Below are positions 30,531 to 40,055 of a DNA stretch of 64,000 nucleotides, piece after piece. Position numbers and translations under genes: made by a program. Origin of the DNA: an uncultured candidate division Zixibacteria bacterium (GTDB taxonomy: Bacteria; Zixibacteria; MSB-5A5; GN15; PGXB01); contig OY969724.1 of NCBI GenBank assembly GCA_963702205.1, positions 1,216,001-1,280,000 of the forward strand, read 5' to 3'. How positions within the stretch are numbered: the first letter of the stretch is position 1; each line of letters opens with the position of its first letter. Below the pieces are notes generated by a model that saw only the letters and a list, made by a program, of their open reading frames with translations, was not told the origin of the DNA and did no database searches.

Positions 30531-31483
30531 CACACTATTTCTTTGTATCCGGCTTTCTTATAGTCGATTTCGCCCAGCCCGGCTTTGCAGGCGGCGTCGA
30601 TGTGTCCGACCAGGTCGCCGGTCAGGCCCAGAAATTCACAGCCGCGCGAATCGGCCGCGACCATATCGGTCGAACAGATGACGCTGTTTTCTATGGCGAC
30701 GTCCCCCAGCGATCCACCCTGCGGGCCGCCGCGCGTTAATACCCGGGTGGCGTCGACCACGGTCAGGGTCGGGCGACAGAACGAAGCGAGGTCGACAATG
30801 GACTGGTCGATGTTCTGGTGCAGCTGGCTGCGGCGTCCACCGAGGATACCGTAAAAGTTTTTCATCCCGATAGTACACTGTGAAAGCGAATGCTGTTTAA
30901 CGATGGGCATATTTATCAGACGGTCGGTCTGGACAAAATATTTAAGCACCGGCCATTTGTGGAGGATTTTTCCACCCATATCGAGCGTCAGCAGGTCCTC
31001 ATCATCCTGCATATACACTTTAGCCCCGGCTTTTTCGGCGGCTTCTTTTATGCCCGAGCGGAGGAAAGTGCGCCGGGGGTCATTGCACGGAATGTCGGAA
31101 ATAATGACTTCGGACGCCCCGGCCTTAAAGCACAAGCGGGTCATCTCGGCCACCAGAAGCGGATTGGTATTGGCCGCCTGCTGGGGCGCGCGGTCCCAGC
31201 CGATATTGGGCTTGATCGTCACCCGTTCCCCCGACCGGATAAACCGTCCGATACCGCCGATGGCGTCCAGGGCGCGGTTCAGCGCCAGAATGTGCTCGTC
31301 GTTTTTGGCCAGCGCGATTGTCGGATAGGCGGCGTCTTTGGGGATTTCGAAACTTCTGCTTTTGGTCAGAGCGGCGGCATAAGAAGAGGTGTCCCGGTTG
31401 TGGAACAGGTACCCGGTGGCCCCGGTGACAGCGGCCAGAGCCGCCGCCTTACCGGCCTTTTTTATGAAGTCGCGGCGTTTCAT
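30530..31483 (-). CDS. Tat-exported DUF362 domain protein
   Basis: MKRRDFIK twin-arginine signal; IKPNIGW, NTNP, INMPIVKQH, MKNFYG and DMVAAD motifs. Confidence 0.88.
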   Translation of the reverse strand: MKRRDFIKKAGKAAALAAVTGATGYLFHNRDTSSYAAALTKSRSFEIPKDAAYPTIALAKNDEHILALNRALDAIGGIGRFIRSGERVTIKPNIGWDRAPQQAANTNPLLVAEMTRLCFKAGASEVIISDIPCNDPRRTFLRSGIKEAAEKAGAKVYMQDDEDLLTLDMGGKILHKWPVLKYFVQTDRLINMPIVKQHSLSQCTIGMKNFYGILGGRRSQLHQNIDQSIVDLASFCRPTLTVVDATRVLTRGGPQGGSLGDVAIENSVICSTDMVAADSRGCEFLGLTGDLVGHIDAACKAGLGEIDYKKAGYKEIV

Positions 31484-31503
31484 GACAAATCAAACCTGTC
31501 TCA

Positions 31504-32379
31504 CTAATGAAGAATATATAGTATAATGATTATTGTCGCAAGCCAGAGAAGTACGTCGACCAATAGTGGTTTATCGGTTAATAGAAGGGTGGTCGGGGAA
31601 CCACCCCGCTCTTCCTTATGCACGAGGTACAAATACCTGAAAATGCCATAGATGACAAACGGAATCGTCACATACAGATATTGGGTCCCAAGTTTCGCGA
31701 TAACATCGGGAGAAAGAGTGTAAAACAAATATGTGATGACCGCCGAGGCCGTAACGACGCCGATTAACTGATCCAGCAGGTACGGCGAATATTTTTCCAG
31801 AGAACGGCGGTGATCCGATGCACCCGATTCCAGCAACATAATCTCGTGGCGGCGTTTGCCGAATCCCAAAAACAGAGCCAGGACGAAGGTCGCGATTAAA
31901 AGCCAGGATGAAAATTCCACGTTGATTGCGACGGCTCCGGCCAGCGCCCGCAGGACGAATCCGGCGGCGATGGTCATGACGTCTATGATGACAATGTTCT
32001 TTAGCCAGAAAGTATACAATACCATCAGGACGATGTAGCCGGCTGAAACGATTAACAGGTCGCGGTTTACTAAATAAGATATTGTCAACCCTGCAAGCGC
32101 CAGAATGACGAACAAGACGGCGGCCGTGCCGGTCCCGACCCGGCCCGATGCTATCGGGCGGTTCTTTTTAAGCGGATGGGCCCGGTCGCGTTCGCGGTCA
32201 ATCAGATCGTTGATTACGTATACTGCCGACGACAGGAAGCAAAAGGCTATCAGGGCCAGAAGACTGGTCTCGACCAGCCCGGTTGCACCGGCCTTTCCGG
32301 CGAAAATCAGTCCGGCCAGGACGACCCCGTTTTTTATCCACTGCGACGGCCGCAGAAGTCTGAAAATATCCCTGAGCAT
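31504..32379 (-). CDS. UbiA-family polyprenyl-phosphate phosphoribosyltransferase (DPPR synthase-like)
   Basis: RPSQWIKN, NDLIDRERDRAHPLKKNRPIASG, KRRHE and GGSPT motifs. Confidence 0.88.
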   Translation of the reverse strand: MLRDIFRLLRPSQWIKNGVVLAGLIFAGKAGATGLVETSLLALIAFCFLSSAVYVINDLIDRERDRAHPLKKNRPIASGRVGTGTAAVLFVILALAGLTISYLVNRDLLIVSAGYIVLMVLYTFWLKNIVIIDVMTIAAGFVLRALAGAVAINVEFSSWLLIATFVLALFLGFGKRRHEIMLLESGASDHRRSLEKYSPYLLDQLIGVVTASAVITYLFYTLSPDVIAKLGTQYLYVTIPFVIYGIFRYLYLVHKEERGGSPTTLLLTDKPLLVDVLLWLATIIIILYILH

Positions 32380-32428
32380 AGATACTTAAGGTTAGCGACT
32401 TTAGACCCAAAGAGCAAGAAAAATTGAT

Positions 32429-33064
32429 TTAGAAAGGAAGCGACTTCTCGATATACGGATAGAATGTATCGAGGAATTTTTTGGCCTTGGTCAGGGCCGT
32501 GTCCATATTCTCGCCGTTCATCGGCATCGTCAGCCGCACGATGGCGGCGTCGGTCGGCCGAAACATGAGGGAATTTTTTACCAGATCGAGCTTTAAGCCG
32601 TACTCCGACCTGATCCCACCCGACCGGGTTTCGTACCAGTAAATCATGAGAGCCTTGAAATCCTGAACCGATATCACCGCCAGGTTGACCTCGCGGGTCA
32701 CCGAATCGGTCAGTTTCAGCTTGTATGGTACAATCTGGTCGATTCGCCAGCCGCCGCCCGGCAGGCAGTGCTTGGGCGAATGAATCTGGCTGCCGTATTT
32801 TTGAGATTTAAAATATGCTATAAAGAGATTATAGCCGTCGTCGTTTGTGTCCGTGTAATCGCGGTAGGTGGTCGTGTCGGCTTTGAGAATTTCATACGTG
32901 AAATCGGCCAATATCTGTTCTTTGCCGATGTAACCGTCAAGGTCCATCGGAATCATCCCGAAATCGGCCAGGCCCCGGGGCGCATGCGAGCTGTATCGCA
33001 GGACATTCCCGAAGATGCCGGAGACAAAAATAATCGCGATGGATATGTATACAGCCTTTTTCAT
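32429..33064 (-). CDS. epsI: exosortase-associated EpsI family protein
   Basis: IHSPKHCLPGGGW, YWY and PTDAAIVRL motifs. Confidence 0.9.
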   Translation of the reverse strand: MKKAVYISIAIIFVSGIFGNVLRYSSHAPRGLADFGMIPMDLDGYIGKEQILADFTYEILKADTTTYRDYTDTNDDGYNLFIAYFKSQKYGSQIHSPKHCLPGGGWRIDQIVPYKLKLTDSVTREVNLAVISVQDFKALMIYWYETRSGGIRSEYGLKLDLVKNSLMFRPTDAAIVRLTMPMNGENMDTALTKAKKFLDTFYPYIEKSLPF

Positions 33065-33891
33065 TTCAGGACCTTCTTGAGTATGGCGCCGAATATGAAC
33101 AGCAGGATGAAGGCGATCACGAACACCAGCAGGCCCATAATCGTGTGCAGCGGCTCGGCGGTTACTTCGATGTCGCTGGTATAGGCTACGAGGGCGGTTA
33201 CAAAGACTCGAAAGACGTTGCCCGCGACGGCAATCGGGATCGTGCTTAAAAACAAAATGATTTTGCCGGACAGCCTTCTTTGGGTCATGTAGGCGTAAAT
33301 CGCACCGAGGGCCAGAAGCGATATCAGCGAGCGCAGGCCCGAGCAGGCCTCGGCCACTTCGAGCGTTTCGCCGGGCAGGTGGATAATATTGCCCTGCCGG
33401 ACGACGGTCATGCCGATCGTGGACAAGAGCTTGACCGTCACCTTGCTGGCGAGAAGCTGCATCGGGAAGGTCGCGGAAAAATAAATGACGTACGGTATCG
33501 GAATCATGAACAGCAGAAAAAGTATTTCAAACCAGGTTTTTTTGATTGTCGGTGTGCCGAAGATATAAAGGACCAACCCGAAGAAGGTCAATACCAGTGA
33601 AAAGCGGACGGTGAAATATTCCGAGGCGCCGTTGCCGACAATGAAAAGCACCATCCCGAGTATGACGATTCCCAGCCCGAAGATATTTTGAGATTTCGGG
33701 AGTCGGGCGAGGTCGGACCGTTTTTTCCACAACATCCAGAGCGATACCAAAGGCACCAGAAAACCGTGGGAGTAATTGCTGTCGGAAGACCAGTCATAAA
33801 CAAGGTCAATGATGGCAGGCAGGTAAGCCAATACAAAGACGGCTGTCAGGGCGTAAAGTGCGGTGTATTTTTTCTGTATTATGGCTGTCAT
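33061..33891 (-). CDS. exosortase (EpsH family)
   Basis: YSHGFLVP; catalytic Cys in VAEACSGLRS, Arg in NVFR, His in PLH; polytopic. Confidence 0.92.
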   Translation of the reverse strand: MTAIIQKKYTALYALTAVFVLAYLPAIIDLVYDWSSDSNYSHGFLVPLVSLWMLWKKRSDLARLPKSQNIFGLGIVILGMVLFIVGNGASEYFTVRFSLVLTFFGLVLYIFGTPTIKKTWFEILFLLFMIPIPYVIYFSATFPMQLLASKVTVKLLSTIGMTVVRQGNIIHLPGETLEVAEACSGLRSLISLLALGAIYAYMTQRRLSGKIILFLSTIPIAVAGNVFRVFVTALVAYTSDIEVTAEPLHTIMGLLVFVIAFILLFIFGAILKKVLK

Positions 33892-33939
33892 ATAAATCCG
33901 GGTCGTTTTCTATATTTTCGGTATTCGCACCGGGGTTCT

Positions 33940-35232
33940 TTATTGCGATGACAGGCTTTTCAGGCTCCGGAAATCGCCGCCGGTCGGGCTCTGGAAAACT
34001 CTCAGGTCGAATTCCGGAATAATAGCCAAAACGTGGTCGAAAATATCCGCCTGTATCGACTCATAGTTGACCCAGGCCTGATCGTTGCTGAAAACGTAGA
34101 TTTCGACCGGCAGGCCGTTTTCACCCGGCTGAAGCTGTCTGACCATGAAAGTAAGGTTCTTGTGGACTTTCGGGTGGTTTTGGAGATACAGGATCAAATA
34201 AGCCCGAAATGTACCGATATTCGTCAACCTCCGTCCGTTGACCAGGCTGGAAAAATCTATCTGCTTTTCCTTGTTGTAGTTGTCCAACTCCTGCTGTTTG
34301 TCTTTCAGATAGTCGCGAATGTATTGAATTTTGGAAAATTGTTTCAGCATCTCTTCGTCGCAGAATTTTATGCTGGTCATGTCGATATTGATCGACCGTT
34401 TGATTCTCCGCCCGCCTGATTCGCTCATCCCGCGCCAGTTCTTGAACGAGTCGGTCATAAGGGCATAGGTCGGGATAGTGGAAATGGTCTTGTCCCAGTT
34501 CTGCACTTTGACAGAATAAAGGGTCATGTCGATCACGTCGCCGTCGGCACCGTACTTGGGCATCTCGATCCAGTCGCCTTTGCGAACCATGTCGTTGAAC
34601 GACAACTGCAAGCTGGCGACCAGGCCGAGTATGGTATCTTTGAAAACCAGAAGCAGGATTGCGGTCATGGCACCGAAACCGGTCAAAATCCCAATCGGCG
34701 AGCGGCCCAGAAGTTTCGATATGACCAGTATTGCCACCATGACAAATAAAACTATCTGGACAATTTGCACGTAACCTTTGATCGGTCGCTCCCGCGAGAG
34801 ATCGTAGGTGTTATATATGTCCATGGCAGCGTTGAGGAAACCGTTGATGATCAACATGCCGATCAGGTAGGTGTAAATGATCGCGACGCTTTGAATCTGG
34901 TCTTTCATTGGCGGAAGGGCGCCGGCGCCAAGATATATTACCAGGATAGGAGCCAGATGGGAGAAGCGGACGAAGACCTTACGACTTTGGAGCGCGTCGT
35001 CCCATTTGGTGCGGCTTTTTCTGACTACGAAGCTGATAACCCTCAGGATAACCTTTTGAGCGATAAAATTGCAAACCCAGGCGGCCACCAGAATACCGGC
35101 AATGATGACAATCCAGGCTATAATTTCGGCCAGTCTGTGTTCCAGCCCCCGGGTGGTCAGCCAGTCGGTCAGGTTTTGCAATATCCAGGCCGAGGATGCG
35201 GCGACATTATTCAGCGGATTACTTCCTTCCAT
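33940..35232 (-). CDS. small-conductance mechanosensitive channel (YbdG/MscM-like)
   Basis: GDWIEMPKYGADGDV, VQNWDKTI, NWRGMSESGGRRIKRS and YESIQADIFDH motifs. Confidence 0.92.
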   Translation of the reverse strand: MEGSNPLNNVAASSAWILQNLTDWLTTRGLEHRLAEIIAWIVIIAGILVAAWVCNFIAQKVILRVISFVVRKSRTKWDDALQSRKVFVRFSHLAPILVIYLGAGALPPMKDQIQSVAIIYTYLIGMLIINGFLNAAMDIYNTYDLSRERPIKGYVQIVQIVLFVMVAILVISKLLGRSPIGILTGFGAMTAILLLVFKDTILGLVASLQLSFNDMVRKGDWIEMPKYGADGDVIDMTLYSVKVQNWDKTISTIPTYALMTDSFKNWRGMSESGGRRIKRSINIDMTSIKFCDEEMLKQFSKIQYIRDYLKDKQQELDNYNKEKQIDFSSLVNGRRLTNIGTFRAYLILYLQNHPKVHKNLTFMVRQLQPGENGLPVEIYVFSNDQAWVNYESIQADIFDHVLAIIPEFDLRVFQSPTGGDFRSLKSLSSQ

Positions 35233-35387
35233 TTTTCCCCCGTGGGTTTAGGTTCAAGAGATTCATAACAAAATCCGTTGGAGAAGGAAACTAAAAAGAT
35301 GTAGTAGCTGCGGTTTTGGGATTTGGCGTAATAAGACAATCAGGTCTGATGGCCTGACTGAATTTGAACGCGTCAGGAAAGGGTTGT

Positions 35388-35654
35388 TGACGCCGCTGAA
35401 TATAATGTACGTTGTGATCGGCGAGTCCTCAGAGGCTGTCCCAAAAGTACTCTTTTTAAGTTCCTCGGGGTCTTGTCCCGACGAAGTCGGGATGTAACCC
35501 TGCGGTCTTTCAACGGTTTCCGTCAGGTGACAATTTCGACTGCGTCGAAATCAACACCCGACGGAACACTTTTGCGACAGCCTCCTCAGACCCGCCGCCT
35601 ACCCGGTCGATCTGAGAATCGACCCTTCAAAGTTCAGGACAGGCCGGGCACAAC
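35388..35654. repeat. dispersed palindromic intergenic repeat (copy A), interrupted by MITE-1
   Basis: Matches 45005-45114 once 35432-35588 is removed. Confidence 0.85.
35432..35584. mobile_element. MITE-1, 153 bp, 17-bp TIRs, 4-bp TSD CTCA
   Basis: Ends GAGGCTGTCCCAAAAGT and ACTTTTGCGACAGCCTC (16/17 match); CTCA at 35428-35431 and 35585-35588; empty site in the 45005-45114 copy. Confidence 0.85.
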
Positions 35655-35706
35655 GCTTGGGATTTCTGTCGCCGCAGGCTTCTCTTACAATGTCATACCC
35701 GGGAAA

Positions 35707-35858
35707 GGGCCTGTTGAAAAAGTGCACGGATGGTGCAAGAAGTAGGTCGGGTTCCGAGTGGAGCAAAGCGTAACGAGAAACCCGACAACAAGATGTCGGC
35801 TTTCTCTCCTGACTTCGTGAGGATTCGGAAGCCGACCTACTGGTTTTTCAACAAGCCT
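35707..35858. mobile_element. MITE-2 copy 1, 152 bp, carrying an inverted pair of GTAG REP-like units
   Basis: Ends GGGCCTGTTGAAAAA and TTTTTCAACAAGCCT; near-identical inverted copy at 44832-44983. Confidence 0.85.
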
Positions 35859-35920
35859 TGAAGCGGGTATCCAGTCTTATAACAACAAGCTACAAGTTTG
35901 TTAAAAAGCTGTATTAGTTA

Positions 35921-37027
35921 TCAGCCTCGGCCGATCAGGACGGTACAGCGATAGGTTTCCCGGCCGTAGCGGCTCATGCGCAAAAATTCCGGGATGGGTA
36001 TTTTCAGGTTACGGGCGCGGACGGTGTGTCCGGCGTAGGATTTTTCATCGGGGTCGTGGATATAGACATGGCGTTTGTTAAAACCGGTGATTATGACCCA
36101 GTGTGGTATGCGGTCCCCGGTCAGGCGGTATGTACTAATTAGAGTTATCGGCACCATTCCGCGATACATGGCACAGCGTATGTCATCGAAATTGTAATCA
36201 TATGTGGCCGATCCGGCGCCCGCTTCGAGCGCCGCCTCTTTCATGTCGGCGTGCATTATCCTTATCACGTCGCGCTTTTGTTCATCGCGGACCGATTTGA
36301 GAAACGGTGTTTTGTCGGTCGATGACAGAACCCGAGCGCTCAGGCCGCGTTTGATGGCCGCATGGGCGAGCCCGAAAGGCCCGGTGCCGCCGATACCGGC
36401 GGTCATGAAAATCAAAGTTGCTTCTTTCCAGATATTGAATTCCAGCTCGCGATGGCCGTGCTTTATGGCATCGAAATAGCGCAAAGCCATAATCAAACAG
36501 GCCGGACCGCAGGTGAATTCGAGTGTCTGGGCGTAGTACGGCAGCTTGAGCCGGATACTGTCGTCAACTTTGTATTTGAGTTCCTTTATCATTTTTAAAG
36601 CGGTGCAGCCGTCTTCATAATAGTCCGGAACGGCTTCGTGCGTTTTGTAACCGTGTCTTTCGTAGAACGGAATCGCCGTTTCATTGTCGGCCCGCACTTC
36701 CAGAGACATTATAACAAACCCCCGGCGGGCGGCCTCGATCTCTCCTTCACGAAGAAGTCTCGCACCTACACCTTTGCCCCGGAAAATCGAATCGACCACG
36801 ACGTTGTACAATCGCCCGCTGTGACCGTGCCGCCGCCACAGCAGATATATCGCCCCGGCGATATTGCCGTCGATCTCGGCAATCAGTACCGTCGAACGGG
36901 CATGACCCAAAAGATATTCTATGCGGTGCCGGGTGAAACGATCGGTCGCGAAACCGCGTGATTCCAGTTCGAACAGGGTGTCGGTATCGTGCTGAGACGC
37001 CGGGCGGATGTAAGTTTTGATGGACAT
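35921..37027 (-). CDS. GNAT (RimI-like) acetyltransferase fused to peptidase C39-like (DUF3335) domain
   Basis: RGKGVG..LL, LEVRADN and FYERHGY; then YYAQTLEFTCGPAC, PHWV and HDPD catalytic motifs. Confidence 0.88.
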   Translation of the reverse strand: MSIKTYIRPASQHDTDTLFELESRGFATDRFTRHRIEYLLGHARSTVLIAEIDGNIAGAIYLLWRRHGHSGRLYNVVVDSIFRGKGVGARLLREGEIEAARRGFVIMSLEVRADNETAIPFYERHGYKTHEAVPDYYEDGCTALKMIKELKYKVDDSIRLKLPYYAQTLEFTCGPACLIMALRYFDAIKHGHRELEFNIWKEATLIFMTAGIGGTGPFGLAHAAIKRGLSARVLSSTDKTPFLKSVRDEQKRDVIRIMHADMKEAALEAGAGSATYDYNFDDIRCAMYRGMVPITLISTYRLTGDRIPHWVIITGFNKRHVYIHDPDEKSYAGHTVRARNLKIPIPEFLRMSRYGRETYRCTVLIGRG

Positions 37028-37029
37028 TG

Positions 37030-37914
37030 CTATGCTTTCTCGGGAATTAGATAACGCACCAGCCGGTCGTACAGGTCCCGTGCCTTCTGGTCTTCTTCAC
37101 CGGCGTAGATGGTCGGATTGTCGTTGACTTCGATGACGACAAAGTCTCCGTTGACCTGTTTCAAATCGACGCCGTATAAGCCATTGCCAACCGCGTTCGC
37201 AGCCTCGGTTGCTCTTTGCAAAAGCAGCGGCTCGATTTCGGGCAGTGCTATGGCTTTGATCGATCCCCGGACTGTATGCCCTTCGGGGGTGTACGTCAGG
37301 ATCTTCCACTGCTTGGATGGTATCCCGTATTTGCAGGCGTAAAGCGGTTCGCCGCCGAGAACACCGATTCGCCAGTCGAATACGGAGCGGGTGAATTTTT
37401 GGGCGACAATACGGTCAGCCCGTCGGAAGAACCTCTTACCGATGGAAATATACTCCGATGGGTTTTCAACCTTTTCGACATACATCGAAAAACTACTGTT
37501 GGGAGCTTTGAGAACCATCGGGCTGCCCAGTTCATCCAGAAGCCGTGCACCGTGCTCGCGGGTTAGTTCGTGCTCTTCGATGAAGCGTGTGTCGGGGATT
37601 TTAACTCCGGCCTTGAGCATGTGCTGGTACATACTGACCTTGTCGCAGCAGATTCTTATCGAGACCGGGTCGTCGATGACTCTGATCCCGTGCATTTCGG
37701 CCGTACGAGCGGCGGCGTAGGTGGCGTTGAGCGGGTCGGTCAGGGCGCGGATGTATATGGCATCAAATTCCGATATACGATAGATATCCGGCCGGAAGAG
37801 GAAATCGACCCGGTGGTTGTACTTGCGGGCCACCTGTGCGAAACGCATCAGCGCGTTCATCTCCCCGGCGCTGGAGACATTATACCGTTCGAGATAGACG
37901 CCTATTCTTCCCAT
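37030..37914 (-). CDS. RimK-family ATP-grasp amino acid ligase
   Basis: CCDKV, VLKAPNSSFS, FDWRIGVLGG, GLYGVDLK and IEVNDNP motifs. Confidence 0.9.
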   Translation of the reverse strand: MGRIGVYLERYNVSSAGEMNALMRFAQVARKYNHRVDFLFRPDIYRISEFDAIYIRALTDPLNATYAAARTAEMHGIRVIDDPVSIRICCDKVSMYQHMLKAGVKIPDTRFIEEHELTREHGARLLDELGSPMVLKAPNSSFSMYVEKVENPSEYISIGKRFFRRADRIVAQKFTRSVFDWRIGVLGGEPLYACKYGIPSKQWKILTYTPEGHTVRGSIKAIALPEIEPLLLQRATEAANAVGNGLYGVDLKQVNGDFVVIEVNDNPTIYAGEEDQKARDLYDRLVRYLIPEKA

Positions 37915-38573
37915 CGGATTTCCTTTTCCAGAAAGGTCAGTTCTTTGGCACCGAGTTTGTCGAAAGGCAGGTGTGAGATATCGCTTGCGAGAAAATCACC
38001 GTCGGCAGTGACTATTACCCGGACTTTGGCCAGAGGCACGCGGAACACTTGCCAAATGTCCTGCGACAATTCGCGAAAGCGGGGGGAGACGCACCAGCCA
38101 AGGACCGACCGGAAATTAACCACCCGGCTTTTTGGCGGCAATATCTGGCAGCACATGGCATACTTGAAATTGCGGGTCATGGATTTGGCGATCGATTGTT
38201 CCCGACCCGGCTCGTGCACGATGCGGCTTTTAATCATAAATGGATTGACCGGGTCAATAATGACCGGCGGCTCGAAAAAGCTGTTGCTGATATAAAACTC
38301 CGGGACTTTCAGCCCGGCCAGACGGGCCTTCTCAAGAAACAGCGGGGGGACATAGGCATCGATCATCTCCTGACACGAGGGATAAATAATCCGGCCTCCC
38401 AGTTCTTTGTCCTGCGACGTATAATAACCCCGTTCGAGATAGTTATAATTCCCGGTCAGATTAACGAGGTTTTGGTCGGGCAGATATTCTGCTATAAAAT
38501 TATGAGCCTGCGCCTGACGAAGCAGGCGCCGGACGGCGTCGGGAGGTTTTTGTAAAGACTCGGAAGTCGGCAT
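37902..38573 (-). CDS. RimK-like ATP-grasp N-terminal (RLAN) domain protein
   Basis: VNLTGNYNYLERGYYTS...E..G..IYPS motif; overlaps the start of the ATP-grasp gene. Confidence 0.8.
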   Translation of the reverse strand: MPTSESLQKPPDAVRRLLRQAQAHNFIAEYLPDQNLVNLTGNYNYLERGYYTSQDKELGGRIIYPSCQEMIDAYVPPLFLEKARLAGLKVPEFYISNSFFEPPVIIDPVNPFMIKSRIVHEPGREQSIAKSMTRNFKYAMCCQILPPKSRVVNFRSVLGWCVSPRFRELSQDIWQVFRVPLAKVRVIVTADGDFLASDISHLPFDKLGAKELTFLEKEIRWEE

Positions 38574-38698
38574 CGCCAGACCACACCTCAAAAGCGTTGT
38601 TAATATTCGAGCGGAATATAGACTGCCTAAGTCGGGCCGTCAACAGGATTGATTGGCCTAAGGGCAATTCCAACAAAAATTACCCCCCAACAGCTTTC

Positions 38699-38726
38699 TT
38701 GACAAAATATGGATTTGAGTTATCTT
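38699..38726 (+). promoter_or_regulatory. putative sigma70 promoter
   Basis: TTGACA-16 bp-TATCTT upstream of the ATG at 38811. Confidence 0.45.
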
Positions 38727-38810
38727 TTATGTAATAATTATGCATCAGGCCCTGACTTACCAGCTTTCCCGCCCGACGGCCTGCCAAAAATTGTAATCAC
38801 GGGGGTGTAT

Positions 38811-40055
38811 ATGGCATTCGCAAAAGGACAATTTGTCTTTCGCTTATTTTTATTTTCAGCGCTGTTGCTTTTTATCCCGCAGATTTCTTCGGCAACCTTT
38901 TCAATCGTCGCGGTCGACACCACCAACGGCGCCGTCGGCGGAGCGGGAGCCTCGTGCATCGATAATTCTTTCATAATCGACAACATCATCGAGGGCATCG
39001 GGGCCGTGCACACTCAGGCGTACTATCTCGCGGCCAATCAAAACACGGCCCGTGCGCGTCTGGCGGCGGGGGATACACCCCAGCAGATTATCGACTATGT
39101 GACTACCCACGACGCCGAAGGCAGCCCGGAGTATCGACAATATGGTGTCGTCACTCTGGCCGGACCGGGCGCTTCGGCCGGTTATACCGGGGTCGCCAAT
39201 TCATTGTGGAGAGGGCACCTTACGGGTCCGGGTTATGCCATTCAGGGCAACATCCTGCTCGGCCCTGAAATTCTCGACAACATGGAAGCGGCTTTTCTGG
39301 CGACCGATGGTCCGCTCGAAGATAAACTTATGGCGGCTATCAACGCCGCCGACGTGGCCGGGGCGGACATAAGATGTGAGTCGTGCGGCAAGCCCGCTAT
39401 TTCGGCCTTTATTAAAGTAGTGCATATTGACGACGGTCTGACGCCTTATCTCAGCATCGACGTACCCACCACCGACTGCCCGACCGATCCGATCGATTCG
39501 CTGAACCTTAAGTTCGCCCAGTGGCAGCAGCGCAAGCTGGCCGATGCCGCAATGTCGCAGATGACGGCAACGCCAGACACCATTGCCGCGACCGGTGAGG
39601 ATACGTCGTTTATTACGATAACGCCGCTCAATTTCGAAGGTAATCCGCCGTCTGAGGGGAGCAGTGTCGAGTTGAGCCATACCGGCAGCGGTGCGCTGTC
39701 CGGTGTGACCGATAACGGCGATGGTTCATTTTCGGCATTCATAGTTTCGCCGAGCGCGTACGGCAAGGATACGATTACAGCTGTGGCTACCGCCGAAGGG
39801 GCGCCGACCGAGCTTGATCAAAAGGCGGTCGTGTTCTATTTTCGCTGTGGCGATGCCTCCGGTGACGGTCAAATCAATCTGCTCGATATTTTGTATGTGA
39901 TTTCGTCGATATACGACACCCCGCCCGGACCGGCCGCCATGCCGCCCGAAACCGGGGATGCCAATGGTGACGGCGATACCAACCTGATTGATATATTGTA
40001 CCTGATAGATTTTGTCTATTCCAATCCACCCGGCCCGGCACCGGTCTGTCCGTGA
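38811..40055 (+). CDS. secreted DUF1028 (Ntn-hydrolase-like) protein with Ig-like and C-terminal dockerin-like domains
   Basis: Signal peptide then TFSIVAVD, GAVHTQA, RQYGVV and QGNIL; VTDNGDGSF Ig-like segment; paired GDASGDG/GDANGDG repeats. Confidence 0.8.
   Translation: MAFAKGQFVFRLFLFSALLLFIPQISSATFSIVAVDTTNGAVGGAGASCIDNSFIIDNIIEGIGAVHTQAYYLAANQNTARARLAAGDTPQQIIDYVTTHDAEGSPEYRQYGVVTLAGPGASAGYTGVANSLWRGHLTGPGYAIQGNILLGPEILDNMEAAFLATDGPLEDKLMAAINAADVAGADIRCESCGKPAISAFIKVVHIDDGLTPYLSIDVPTTDCPTDPIDSLNLKFAQWQQRKLADAAMSQMTATPDTIAATGEDTSFITITPLNFEGNPPSEGSSVELSHTGSGALSGVTDNGDGSFSAFIVSPSAYGKDTITAVATAEGAPTELDQKAVVFYFRCGDASGDGQINLLDILYVISSIYDTPPGPAAMPPETGDANGDGDTNLIDILYLIDFVYSNPPGPAPVCP

Noticed and set aside
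35473..35745. 90-aa ORF, and the similar 44736-45023 ORF
   Set aside because: Both run across non-coding repeat elements and have no protein features
35370..35870. CRISPR array or structured ncRNA
   Set aside because: There are no regularly spaced identical repeats with spacers and no cas genes; nested MITE and REP-like repeats explain the structure
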